Assembly: GCF_000315625.1 (NCBI RefSeq)
Contig: NW_005434637.1
Coordinates: 48,505-112,504 of the forward strand
Source: Guillardia theta CCMP2712
Taxonomy: Eukaryota > Protista > Cryptophyta
Length of the DNA: 64,000 nt
Direction: 5' to 3'
In this document: in pieces, positions 10,401 through 21,120 of the stretch
Layout of the letters: each line of letters opens with the position of its first letter
Numbering within the stretch: position 1 is the stretch's first letter
The notes under the pieces: model-generated
What the model was told of the DNA's origin: nothing
The model's input: the letters and a program-made list of their open reading frames with translations, nothing else
Database searches by the model: none
Made by a program: the position numbers and the translations under genes

Positions 10401-11224
10401 GGACTCAAATAACTTCCTTCTGGACACTTGCAGTAGTCAAGACCATCCTTTGTAGTTTTCCCGTCATTGCAGTACAGGCAAGCGCTACTGTACTTCACGT
10501 AGAGAAGAGACGGTTGCGCGCTCTCTGAAGGTTGAGGCTCCCAAAACCTACTGACAACACGTTTGGAGAGGCAAGTTGTGCTGTACATGCATGTCCGTCT
10601 TAAGTTGACATCTGAAAACACACTGAAGCAGCGGCAGGTCTTTTCAGCATTGCATGTGTCCACACAATCTTGCAAATTTCCTCGGTAGGGAGTAGCAAAT
10701 GCAGCAGCATTTTTGTCTAGAACTGTATGGTCCATAACTACATAACCAAACAATGTCGTAGTGTTTACATGACCTTCACACCTTCCTGTCTCGTCGATGC
10801 TTATCAGCTCTTCGCACTTCTTAGAATCTCGTGTCGATTCGAACATCTTATTTGCGCACTGACACGACTTGGTACTGCTCTTCCTGCTCCACACACCTGT
10901 GCTCACAAGCGAGACGTTTGCACACGCCCTGATGCACGTCTGCTGGATTGTGGGGATGGAGTTGTCGACTTCAACATCCATGGTCGGGTACCAGCAAGAG
11001 CTGTAGCTTGAAGGCCCGCAGGTGAGACAAGGATTGCAACCTCCCTTCACTTCGTCGAATCCAGGTAGGCACAACCATGTACATGTCAGGGAAAACGACG
11101 AGTTTCCCTCCCAGAAAGCATTGGACGGAAGTTGTGAACAGTTTGTTTCACTCGCTGCAATGATGTAATGGCTCAGCGTCACGAGAATGCAGAAAATGAC
11201 AGGCTCCTTGTGATTAACCATCAT
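4481..11224 (-). CDS. Receptor-like protein: signal peptide, Cys-rich/PAN-like and C-type lectin ectodomain, 5 TM, He_PIG-like repeats, Zn finger, IQ-like motif, Ser/Thr kinase, CHAT caspase-like domain
   Basis: Single ORF of about 2250 aa with first ATG at 11224. CTL: SWMEAESFCVGQGGHLASI..WIGL..WSDGS..LPFVC. Kinase: GRGGQG, AVK, HRDLKPSN, DFG, GTWQYFSPEQ, DVWSAG. CHAT: IIHLSGHG and VVLNACQS. He_PIG-like: LPPGLFIDEESGCLYGFP. Confidence 0.9.
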   Translation of the reverse strand: MMVNHKEPVIFCILVTLSHYIIAASETNCSQLPSNAFWEGNSSFSLTCTWLCLPGFDEVKGGCNPCLTCGPSSYSSCWYPTMDVEVDNSIPTIQQTCIRACANVSLVSTGVWSRKSSTKSCQCANKMFESTRDSKKCEELISIDETGRCEGHVNTTTLFGYVVMDHTVLDKNAAAFATPYRGNLQDCVDTCNAEKTCRCFSVFSDVNLRRTCMYSTTCLSKRVVSRFWEPQPSESAQPSLLYVKYSSACLYCNDGKTTKDGLDYCKCPEGSYLSPKIERNFSCLQPNSIDLQTEYFDTELGEKSLVSMCLSSARSNNRDAFCFSPSARRCYLRHDAGSVCLADPSASPQAPRQVYRRFSLHLSQRSWMEAESFCVGQGGHLASIRHVSEVSRINELARDVKDVWIGLRVEAQGAQTETNRVSWSDGSSLSTLSDLSGLEPGCTSLRPYSGSYFSSDCNHTSLPFVCSYTSSDVLQLQEDLTCYSTTSFCRRCPDIDKYFGPNVVHGYGDAEMKTCSLRCKDGFSHSYSLFYCNGRRSALCNKLNSCRKSMERGEAVCEQNLMRCGVREESLLLRIVFALPFMVGLLLFISMRLFPSVWMIPDGSGRMRCNSCGMSLCISCYKERIVERTQRHVRHDGTLESICVKDVVMLKCSNAGQRAACSTCGERNNLPWSLVCGRYFKRVHDGGNFKVKPFVPWSEFSGRSVIFGLRRVLLSDNTAKHMQYPLIILIVLVMLFIMSLGYYHSLPYWNKTDAILVLIIRLNLIGLPFIAVICFFMIMAEMEKFQCCVCSGDKSCQVCWTASEWRKHSESRIDLSVLSPTTAGTRPGRFRYVRNGIRCNNVFLFQGMTETIVLQVESSEGDVYPAPIFLLGRSSQSLPYVSLDAKTGDLIFQASCKLCKKEESFVTVLIAAVNPLGIAMTSVRVFIDPLPRSPSNLTYENIDGYILMNEAQLFKQCDISGNVQCSWCMEQSTEFMICETCIRKGRCSPMLCMQCYYEFECRRMSRHPHGHKFVNRAPAQLGSYVRHSTRPPHKKGTSGRRKLVERTLKIKDASTDIIEYSSRLSDVSGGKLPNGHMRFLLYLLTPIIPSAIVVCDYIGLYPVSEYYLFGPFNIALVAGLAFVVWRWFESFQSSMYGSISVKCLGYRYTAVKVAEDGVLTSDLSVDIIDEQPHPTFQVLGTETVKTKTHVQAMARLDACGYPLPRFSAETALPPGLFIDEESGCLYGFPLQDGEFEIRVRAHNEFGSCSCFLRMRISPSSLGSGSRRIMPSRSPSLPALMLREDVHHSARIQISQQTPGEGRKSNVRDVFRYMRLDLLESQVSVCNSATHLRTFVGQVQDGIATANLTGSFLVLSQLPGDLQLDASSGTIRGSLSPRAILTSLPAVCDAIFLHANGQQHIRTRLFLTVSELLGELALPFSSIKYAHIRGASYGKNMRLPDIPDILAVEPETFSIRFEDEVCIAPCLVACQAVMSSLRHELLISDQLVLTVAHCPASKCRPTLGRMRITSSGSEVQELDLEVSWGAAEEGWMRTTDISDLYLYATSMLPGWRVKPLSAMVDGKLELHKNPLPPGLSLSSQGVIYGIAELPHPTVMYEVVHVGDPADESKLICINVSSSTSTRRRAFVRTVCFVNSFLQSLACRLYVRRKLELLWIKSSAGSFQDLDLDEVLRYCSPPVKRLGGHLNQSRQEPTNVTIPGFDVLGLIGRGGQGIVYLAQAEGSQSKFAVKVCNRPDEREYQNLKTLQQLQHPNIVKMFDCLVEPFAIVMEFVEGQSLKEIMQTSEDGECRQLGEEMVQTIGGQMLEGLSLLHRMGIIHRDLKPSNIMCSFPHADVCRVVLIDFGSSKHQDYNETLTRTGQFVGTWQYFSPEQCRGDPQLDARVDVWSAGVVLYEMAAGRNPFYSHDVLELFTAVRRQPFQQIPGCGAAMNIFLKTALKKDPRDRFCDANEMQQVFADVFDDPHQAIWKLSCRTSTFDEAREVASARPLHEQLVSNKWGVLAFFVKRNINVSILTTKIENKLNEESNTDRKDMLTTLLRDELENIDPFEEANIMQDTTMNAMFDIRIYPQPTFENFVRYMGICSIRNIKIIHLSGHGDQTNGFWWLKEGTKTEFDYKKPLEVVDVIAVQAGGSRSKSSVECVVLNACQSESMGKQLVDRGVKHVICWKGKVHDETATSFSRFFYESLDDLQPGNKDMDYARIFDRACLRCLHKPMTSGPESRGNYSKTIDRIMLLTAGEHVLPRCCLVIS

Positions 11225-11403
11225 GGTTTCACTAGCTACATCGCTCACTCGAATTGGTAGTTATTCTTTCGAGCATCTCACGAAAAGACTGGGACAACAC
11301 AACTGTATGGATAGCAAGGAAGAAAACTTGCAGAAAGGCAGGATCGAAGGGAGAGCTAAGGTTAAGTAAGGGAAGAGGGAGAAGAAGAAGAAGAATGGGG
11401 GCA

Positions 11404-11618
11404 GGAGGAGGAGGGGGAGGAGGAGGAGGAGGAGAAGGAGGAGGAGGAGGAGGAGGAGGAGGAGGAGGAGGAGGAGGAGGAGGAGGAGGAGGAGGAGGAN
11501 NNNNNNNNNNNNNNNNNNNNNNNNNNNNNNNNNNNNNNNNNNNNNNNNNNNNNNNNNNNNNNNNNNNNNNNNNNNNNNNNNNNNNNNNNNNNNNNNNNNT
11601 ATCGCTCTGCTGCTCTTC

Positions 11619-11695
<77 letters not shown>

Positions 11696-11710
11696 TCCTG
11701 CTCCTGCTCC
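11404..11710. repeat. (GGA)n and (CCTGCT)n microsatellites flanking a 100-N assembly gap (11500-11599)
   Basis: Directly visible. Confidence 0.95.
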
Positions 11711-11895
11711 TCCTCATCCTGCTCCTGCTCCTTCTCCTCTCCCTGTTCCACCTCTGCTCTCATCTCTATCCTCCTCCAAATCTACATGACAATATTCTGC
11801 TCCACACCCCATCTCTCTTCCATCCCCTAACTTCTCCAACTCCCTACTCGATCTCACAGCAAGCACGCACACTCTCCAGCTTGTTGTTTGCACAG

Positions 11896-12869
11896 CCCTC
11901 AAAGTTGTTGTCGGGCAATCTTTATACTATCCTCACTGAAGGCTTGTTACACCAGTGTGCAGTCTATTGACCACTCACCTTTTAACTGTATCAGTCGCCG
12001 CTGTCCTAAAGGTGAAGCATTTCGGCTTTGTGTTTAGACTTCTCTCACTCTCTACCACTTACCTTCTTAACGCAGCTTATCTCCGACTGAGAGGTGGCAC
12101 TGATGGGGTTTCTGGATTCGAGCCCAACCCCTCACCTTCGATACCGTGAGCCCGTCAAGTTTTGAGTGGGAACGATGTTTGATCAGCGGCTTTGATTGAT
12201 GGCAGATCGTACACTTCTCCTGCGTCTCAGCAAGTTGATTGGGACACGCCGTCAGGTATCGTGTGCCCTTGAGGCAAGCACACTGATCTCAAAACAGCGC
12301 AATCCTACAACATCCCACCAGCACCAGTTGCAGAGATGGATCCTCCTCCTGCTTTCAGGTCTTTATACATGTAGATGAGGCTGGCACATATCTGTTTCCT
12401 TTTCTCGTCCCCTTCAAACTCTGTCTGACTGGCACCTACAATCGCAGCAGTCCACCCAAAGCACCCGTTCCGAGTTTCTCCCCTCCTGTGGCAGCTCCTT
12501 CCTTCTCAGCCCCTCCAGCTCCTGCCCCAGCTCCTACTCAATCATCAGGTCTGTCTTTCTGTGAGCATCAGGCAGTCTTCTGCTCATCTTCTTCTTGCCA
12601 AAGTGTCTTGGGATGAGACGTCGGTGAGCGGATTCCGTCGCTTCATAGATGTAAGCATTTGCATGAATACCCTACTTGATGATGTTGGCGTTGAGTATGG
12701 CATCCTTGACAAGCATTGTTGCTGCCTTGTAACCATTGGGTGTCAGATGTTTGGCTGGCAAAACATCAGCCCCTTTCTGTACTTTGCCATGGGCGCCTTC
12801 TGGGCTTCCATTATGGCGATTTGGCACAACACAAGTAAGATGCTGATGTTTCATGACCTTGCCTGCTAG
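11896..12869 (+). CDS. Spliced hypothetical protein with LRLRGG motif and C-terminal hydrophobic segment
   Basis: A GT..AG intron joins ..ISRRCPK to AYLRLRGG. Pro/Ser-rich middle. Last exon contains ISPFLYFAMGAFWASIMAIW. Start not located. Confidence 0.35.
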
Positions 12870-15425
12870 TGACTCGTGAACAGCTCCAGATGAAGATCTT
12901 GATATGAAAGCTGTCTGATCAAACCTTTGATTGATGAGAACCGTGGAGCATGTGAAGGGATCATATGCTTGTGTGGTGTTGCATTTCAGATCATCTCTTT
13001 GCTGAGCTATGCTGATGCTCCGTGTCAACGGCTTTTTGGACATTTCAAAGAATCAAACCTCAAGCTGGTGTAACGTTCATGGTTACGTAGTTGACACAGA
13101 TTGAGACTTGATATATTCAAAATACACTCATATGTTCATCTTGTGTCGACATGCTTTGAAGGTTTTCCCTGCTCACTGTGACGATGAGAGGGAGATAGAT
13201 TGATTGGACAAGGATCGACTTGGAACAAGGTTTCTCATGGATCCCACCTGCTTCAAGTCAGCTTCATGCATGAAAGGAAGAAGAAGTTACCCCTCTCATC
13301 TTGAACAAGAGCCTCCATGTAGGCAGCGCTTTCTTGTATGACTCTTTCTCTCTCAAATGTCGTGCCTCCTGCTCCACCGGTTCAAGTCGGCCAAAATTTT
13401 CAGAAGGAAAGGGTAAAGGTCAAGAAAGTAGAAAGGGGGCCAAGGAGTGAAGCACTGAATCTTGAAAGGAACCTCAATCTTCTGCTTCTCCATATGCTCG
13501 GCGTACTTTTCCTGTTTGCAGCACATCAGCTTCAGAGCTACTTGGGTCAAAGAAGCACTGACTTGAAATGTCGAGCTGATCACAGAGATCGGCAAAGCAA
13601 CCATAACAACCCCAGCAACGCACGCCATGCTGAGAGGAAGAGTTAGCAATACATGGAGTTTGTTGCAAACTATCTTCACCTCCCAAACAATCTTCCAGTG
13701 TCAGTGACAGGAGTCATGTCCCCGTAACCGATAGTGCAGAGGGTTATGACAGCCCACCACATACTGCAGGCGAGATGAGCTTCAAAAGTATCCCCTCCTC
13801 TCCCTATAGCTCACCTGTGAGGGATCGACAGAAATGGCTCTCCGTATGGATTCGCAGCATTGTCCTCTGCGAGAATGTTTCATGCATAGAAGGCAAAACT
13901 AAGGGATGTACCAGCATAAAAAACAATTGCTGCAAACAAGATGACCAATATGATGAAGCAAAAAAGGGCCTTTCGAAGCACATCCTCAGTTTCATGAACA
14001 CGACAGATCCAAGCATTGGACCTGGCTAAGTTCATTCCTTGCTGCAATGGCTGTCTTGCCGAGAACCTGATGATAGGAATCAAAGATGTGCAAACATAGA
14101 AAGTTTTTGAGGATTACTTGAAGCCCGTCTGAGTGCCTTGCAAGCTTGAAGACTCGGAGAATCCTCAGCACTGCATCGATCCAGTATCAGGCGGACAACT
14201 GTGAGAGTTTGCATGCAAAACCTTTCAAGACCTTTGATGCTTCTGCTGCTGGGAAAATCAAGGTGATCCAGGTTGGAAGGATGGACAAGAGATCGATTAT
14301 GTTCAGTGGGCGAAACACGAACTTCCTCTTGTTCTGGTTCACTAAGAGCCGTGAGAGATACTCAAAAGTGAAGGCTGAGACGAAACCGACGTCCACAAAC
14401 TCGAAGGTTGACTGCAGCTGGTCGTTCTTTGCCAACTGCGGAAGAGTCTCGACGCACAAGACCACCACAGACGCCACGACCAGGATCAAGGACGTCATCG
14501 AGATGAACCAGGCAAGAGTGCTCGACTTGGGCTCTTCCAGCAACGCATACAAAGTTGCCCGGAACCCAGCAGAAGGTCTTCCATCTTCCTCGCTGTTGAA
14601 AGATTGTCGGTACAGGGCCAAGAATCCATCCAAACCCGGGATGGGCGGATCTGCCTCGTGCATCTTGAAGTACAAGAGCTCATTCTGCCAGACTTCTGAA
14701 GCAATGTGAGGAGGTTTGACTGGAATGAAACCATCGCGGTAGGAGTTGACGATCTCGACAGCAGCAAACGGATGCCGATCAAGAAATATGAAACCTTTGC
14801 GGAATAGATCGTGATTGGGATTCCTGATCATATCTGAAAGCAATGTTCCCGGATAGCGACGCAGGTACTTCTCATACGTTATGCATACCATCCCCCCGCT
14901 GTTGATGCAAATCTTCCTCCCTAATCCTCCGTTCGCCATCATCTTTCGCGCCACCTCCGAGATCATAGTATCCCAATTCTCTTTCGCTCGAAGTTCCTTT
15001 TGAAGTTGCGCGTGGGCCGCAGGATCAGATTCAGCTGCCTGGTCTGTTCGCATTCCACGATGCCTTTCAGCTCTGTGGGCTGAATGGCTATCGACATGTT
15101 CATAATGACTCATCGGCGCTCCCCACACCAGCGTCTTCTCATAAGAAGAGGTGGTCGAGCAACTTGCCTCACTCGCTCCGTGACTTGACATGCGAGCGAA
15201 AGACTCAACGTCACTGACGTGCACATCTTTTGCTGAAAGGGAGATGGCCTGCGGGAATCCCATGCTGTTTGGATCCTCCGTCGAATCTATCGCGGGGACT
15301 GTTGGCAAAAAGCGCCGGAGGGAGCCGCTTGATTGCCATCCATGGTCGATCAGCTGCTGGAATGTTTCATTCTTCGGTGCTCCTGCTCCCTCAGGAGGAT
15401 CACTCGATTCTCTTTGGTCTGTCAT
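12870..15425 (-). CDS. Voltage-gated K+ channel (6TM Kv) with N-terminal T1/BTB tetramerisation domain; multi-exon, 3' end approximate
   Basis: T1: [34 protein letters not shown]1-S3 lie in ORF 14187-15425. S4 [22 protein letters not shown] (about 14117-14240, spliced). Pore [17 protein letters not shown] (about 13710-13760). S6 [17 protein letters not shown]. Confidence 0.93.
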
Positions 15426-16011
15426 TTCTCCCTTGCTATTCGCTCTGCGACGAGCGTCAGCTTCAAAATAACGTGAATAGAAACCAAGTCAGATCGGGTG
15501 AAGTTGATGCCATTGCCAAGATAGAATCGGAAATGAATTTGTACACAATCAAGAATTATGATATGCATTGCTGACTCGACAAGCACATGGAGCTAAAACT
15601 GCAGAACCAAATTCAAACACGCAGCAGAGGAGGACGCAGGGGTGGATAAGGAGAAGCAGTGATGAATGACATGGAGAAGGAAGAAGAGACAAGATGCATG
15701 ACATGGAGAGGGAAGAAGAGACAAGAAACAAGAAGAGCAGAAACAGATGAAACAGACAGCGAGAGGATGGAGATTCAAGCGGCAAGTTGCGGGGGCAGCA
15801 GCACAGCGTTGAGCATCACGACTAGTCGGTGGTTGCATTTTGGGGACCCCGTTGCTGACCCCGTTGGGTTTTGAGGGGACCAGTGAGGGGACGAGGGTTC
15901 TAGGTCAGTTGGGGGATGGGGGACGCGAGTGTGGGATCGGGGAGGTTACGTGGTGATGTGTGCAGAAGCGCAATGAAGGGAAGAAGGAGTGAGAAGAAGG
16001 AGGGAGGGAGA

Positions 16012-16284
<273 letters not shown>

Positions 16285-16529
16285 GGGATCGGGAGATGGA
16301 GAGGGGAAGAGGATCAGGCAGGGAGAGATGGACAGGAGGCAATGAAGTTCTCTCAAACTATTATGCATTGACTCTTTTCAAACAGAACAATTATTTTACA
16401 TGCAATGAATCAGAATATCCATAATTCTTCTATCCACCCGAGCCATATCAAGTGAGTGTGAATTGTGGGATGTGCAAATTTCCTGATCATATACTTATTC
16501 TCTGTCGATTGCATTTGGATCCTACAGTC

Positions 16530-17882
16530 GGCGTCATGGCGATATTCACATCGAAGTGCATCGCAGTGATCGTATGATGCACAAAAAGATAAATCCAGAG
16601 GAAGAGAGAAGAGCGATGATTGTACAACATTCGCTCCCGTGTAAACCACCTGACTAGATTCATACAGATCTTCTTCACGCTGTTCACCCTCATGATTTTT
16701 GCGCAATTGATGCTTGTATATTGGAAGAAAAGGCATTATCGAAGCTATCAGCAGGTTCAAGTTGCGATGTACAAAGTTGAGACAAACATTCTCACCCATC
16801 TTTGTATACGCAGGTTACTTTGTTAGGATTATGGTTGATTCCGTAAGTGCACCTTGTTGCTATCTGCGATCATTTAAACCTTTCACAGCTTCCTCTTTGC
16901 CTCTTCTCTGCATTTTTGGAAACTCTTGACGTACATCTCTTTCTTCGTCGCTCTTCGAAATTTTAACATGTCTTCAGTTGTTGGGCTATTTGGACACTAT
17001 CGTCAGCATATATCATGTGTGCTTTGAGGCAACAGCTTAGAGTCAGGGTTTTGATTTCTGCTCTATCAAGGTACAAAGCTACAAGGCGACCGATTCCTGA
17101 TCGAACACCTCGGCTTGTTTATTCGTATTTCTATTATGCTTTCAAGGTGAGATGTTTCTAAAGTTTTCTACCCTCACCGAACACAGCTCTGCTACTCCTC
17201 GGGTGTTGTGGGATATTTGCTCATCTTATCGGAGTTCCTCCAAGTGAAATATGCTCCCTCTCAACTCCTCAACCACTCATGCTCCTTCGTACCGCAGATT
17301 CCAGCGATTTTCGGGGTGGAAGTGCAGGTGGTGTATGTGGGGGGCATGTTGTTTTTCTTCGGGCTTTACTTCGGAGTGCTGTCCCGAGACTGCTCGGAGA
17401 TGTGCACCGACCGGATGGCTGCCAGCATGGGGTACGGCAGGAAGGGCAGCATGCCCTCCCGGGGTTACGACCCCACCGTCTGTCTGCTATGCGGAGATGC
17501 GCTCAACTACAACTGGGCTCTGATGAACTCGTCGATCCAGGTGGAGTACGAGGAACTGTTCTGATAGGACTGAGAGTGTCAACAGAGCCAGAGGATCAAC
17601 GCGACAGAAACGGCTGAGAGGACTGTCAATCTGAGTTGTGGACACTCCTTTCATGATTTCTGCATTCGAGGATGGACTATCATTGGCAAGAAAGATATCT
17701 GCCCGTTCTGCAGCGAGAAAGTCTCACTTCGAGCCATGTTTCGAAATCCATGGGAAACCCAAAACTTGATGTGGGCGAACCTACTGGATGCAGTCCGATA
17801 TCTCATCGTATGGAACCCGGTGATTGTTGGTATGACTCAACTGTCATTGTACGAGCTCGGCTACCTTGAAAATCCAAAATAG
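16530..17882 (+). CDS. RNF121: RNF121/RNF175-like membrane RING-H2 E3 ubiquitin ligase; multi-exon, 5' end uncertain
   Basis: Exons FAQLMLVYWKKRHYRSYQ; LFFFGLYFGVLSRDCSEMCTDRMA..CLLCG; LSCGHSFHDFCIRGWTIIGKKDICPFCSEKV..NPWE..LLDAVRYLIVWNP. TAG at 17880-17882. Confidence 0.9.
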
Positions 17883-18014
17883 AAAATCAAAGAATAATAT
17901 CATATTGTTTTTGTCCCAATTTTGAGCATATATTTCTTGTTTGTAATGGACTGTGTGGTCTTAATAGTAAAATTCGGATACAATAATATACATCACACCT
18001 TGTTTGAGCTCACT

Positions 18015-19616
18015 TCACCCAACAAACCAGGACCTCAGGTTGTAACCCAACAATATCAAAGGCAGGCAGTAGACGAGGAACTTGATTGTCGACAATGAAT
18101 TTGAACTACTCGTGCAATCGCCTCTCTTGTATCTAGTGTTGTAGGCGCAATCCCAGCTAGCATCGTGCGTCAACACCTCAAGATTTCAAAGGTCGGAGCT
18201 GACCTCTGGTATGCGAAGGTCGAAGCAGCAGCTTTAGGGTCACAAGTGTAGCCAGCCAACACCTCCGCTTCCGTCAGGCATCTGCCATCCAACTCAGCAC
18301 ATCCTCGCCCTCTGCAAGATCGCCGTCCTCACGTGTCACAGCGAGACCCAACTTTGGTGAAGTCAGATAATTTGATCTGCCCAGGCTCAAACTCGAAGTA
18401 CCTGCGATAGTCCATTCAGCATATGACCGTTAAAGAAGGATTGAAGCATCACCGCCCATCCACAAAGCCTTGGAGTCGGCGAGAAGGACCTCTAACAATC
18501 CGTTGCAACATGCTTTCCAAGTACATCGCTCTCTATTACAGCGTAAGAGTGTGATCTAACCAACCACAGCTTTACCCTTGTTGCTGAGATTGCTACCGAA
18601 TAATTCTGCATGGGGTATGTCCCATTTTGACATGCAGCCTTCGAAAAGCAGTTACAACTGAAACTTGTGAATGGGGATTTGATGACCAACCTGCACCACT
18701 TGACCACGGGAGTCAAGCACAGGATTTCCGAACTTGTCGAGGAGAGTAACATTTGAACCCTGCCCTCATTCAGCTTGATCCCATGAGATTCTTTCCCACG
18801 CACCTCTTGGCAACCGTTTGGTTTTGAACATTTCGAATACATGTTTTGACAAGTCCTGTAACATATCTGGAGAAATTCATACAGGTCGTGGACACATCTT
18901 GGGAAGAAATACGCACAGATCTATGGAAAAAGTCAAATTACAAACACATCTTTCTTGAAATTTTGATTGTCTTTCGGTACCACATTAATTATTGCGTCAT
19001 TGCATCCCTCCAAGTCGCTGCTCTTATAGCCAGTTATGGCAAGCACTTGTTCTGTACACCTTGTTATCACATCTCTCTAACCAGCGAAAGGTTGCAGCAT
19101 TACTCTCTGCTTCAAGGAAGGCAGCTTGCGCATCTGAGCAGGACGATAACTGGAAAAGAGACAAACAAATCAGATGGTGACGAGGTGGTTCGCAGCTGAG
19201 AGTACCACACTACAGGACGACTTGGACCGATAGCTGAATCGTCCTTTGCACAGACACGAATCGAGACTTGGACACTTTGAGGTATGAGACAGCAGTACAT
19301 GCGGGGACCAAACTCACCGAACTTTGGTTTGATATGCTGCATCCCGGACCAAAACAATCAGCCTGCTTACACCAGGATGACGACCAGTCTACGTTCTTGC
19401 CTGGCAAGTTTTTCAATACGATAGTGAAGATTGGAGCCAATAGCTGGACTCACAGCAGAAGTATGTCTTTGCTTGTCCTTTGGGCAATGGATCAACGCTG
19501 GTTTGGCAGGTCACTTGTTGGGAAGTTGCCTGTGTTGTTTGTCCGCGAATGGGTCTCGGAAGAGCGCAGAGAATGAAGAACAAACATATCTTGCAGTCAC
19601 GAGGCATTACCCGCAT
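18015..19616 (-). CDS. Cys-rich secreted or cell-surface hypothetical protein; multi-exon
   Basis: Signal-like N-terminus (CKICLFFILCALPRPIRG), several Cys-rich exons, and a hydrophobic C-terminus (IKFLVYCLPLILLGYNLRSWFVG*) preceded by SSS, which is GPI-like. Confidence 0.45.
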
Positions 19617-20630
19617 CGCTGTTTCTGAATCTCTTCTGCTGTCTATTGCCGGGACCGTGACTAGGGAGCAGGAACTTGGAGTCGGGAGCCTCACTGAGTC
19701 AGGAGGAACGGCTCAGTCAGTCAGCCAGTCAGTCAGTCAGTCGGCCGTCGGGGGTCTCAACAGCTTCTACTGTCTTTCTCCACCTCAGCCTCAACTGATC
19801 CATTGCGGCGATGACGGGTCTCCCCTGGGTGCTGCATCGAACGCCTGACCTACTGGTTTTCACTTTACTCAAAGTTAAGTTAAACTACTGGTACTTCAGT
19901 TACTACCGTACAGCCACGGTTTCACCGGCACGGTGAACTGAGTTCCCGGCCCGGCGGGCCGAACGGTCCGATCGGAAGGCAAGTTGAGAGACGCCGGTCA
20001 GGCCGCCTGAGACTGGGCAATCATCAATTTCCAATCAACAAATTTTATAATAGGAATAATAGGATTACCGCCGTACACTGACAGGCGTCAAGTTCATGAC
20101 GCCGGCCCGACTCCGGCCGCCGGGGCGAAAGCCTGAAAGATCCTGCCAGGGCCGGAAACTTCGTTTACAACTCGTGACCGTCGGATCACATGCCCGCTGA
20201 CTCCGAGACTCGGACAATCGGATCTGGCCGTGCGTCATGCCATGGCCGCGCACCCAGTCACTGACTGAGTACACCGGTCCGACCGGTCACTGAGTCAAGC
20301 CTGACGGTCGGGCCGGCCCACGGTGAGGCTGACTCTGTGAGAGTATCGAGACCCCGTATCATCTACCACGAAATGATTACTCAATAATACTCCCCCATTT
20401 TCACTACCTACCCTGGCATATTGTTGCTATCTCTTGAAATTTCACCCCATTTAGAACCACCGACTACCCCCGTGTTTCTCTCTACCCCTCACACTTTGTG
20501 CACGACCTACCCCTGTACACTCAATACTGTCATTTCGGGATCTATGTCGCCCTGCACATCGTTGCTTCTTCATGGTCATTGTTGTAGTCATCATGGTCAT
20601 CGATGGTCATGAACAAGATTGTGAAAACGA

Positions 20631-20678
20631 TTATGAACATGCTTATGAACATGATTATGAACATGCTTATGAACATGA
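20631..20678. repeat. 12-bp tandem repeat TTATGAACATG(C/A) x4
   Basis: Directly visible. Confidence 0.85.
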
Positions 20679-21120
20679 TAATATGATTACGAATATGATT
20701 GTACTTGGCGCATCGGCAACGTGATGCTGATTGACTTTTCCACCATTCATTCCCGTAGATATATGATTCCCAATTTTGAATTATCATTCTTTCATCATTC
20801 ATCTCTCTCCAATGCAAAAGTGAAATATACTTGTTCCTCAAGTTTTTTCTTGAATGCACATCAATTGAACCTCCACACGTTGACATTCCTTCTAGTGTGA
20901 CCAGTGGAATTGTGATTTAGAAACACTGCTCTTGCCCTTCATACTGGATGGATCAATGTTGCTCCTGTTGCCCTACTTGTTCATCCTACCTGTGCGTCTG
21001 ATGGTATTTCTGTTGTCTTCTGGTGAGTTTGGTAAACGGGGAGCAATTTCAGAAGGATCTATTGTGATGCCACTGACTTGTCGTTGACAGACTTGTGTTG
21101 AGTTCATTGCTCGGGCAACC

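Noticed and set aside
11232-11970. Poly-G/P/L/RS/EQ ORFs
   Set aside because: Translations of microsatellites running across an N gap.
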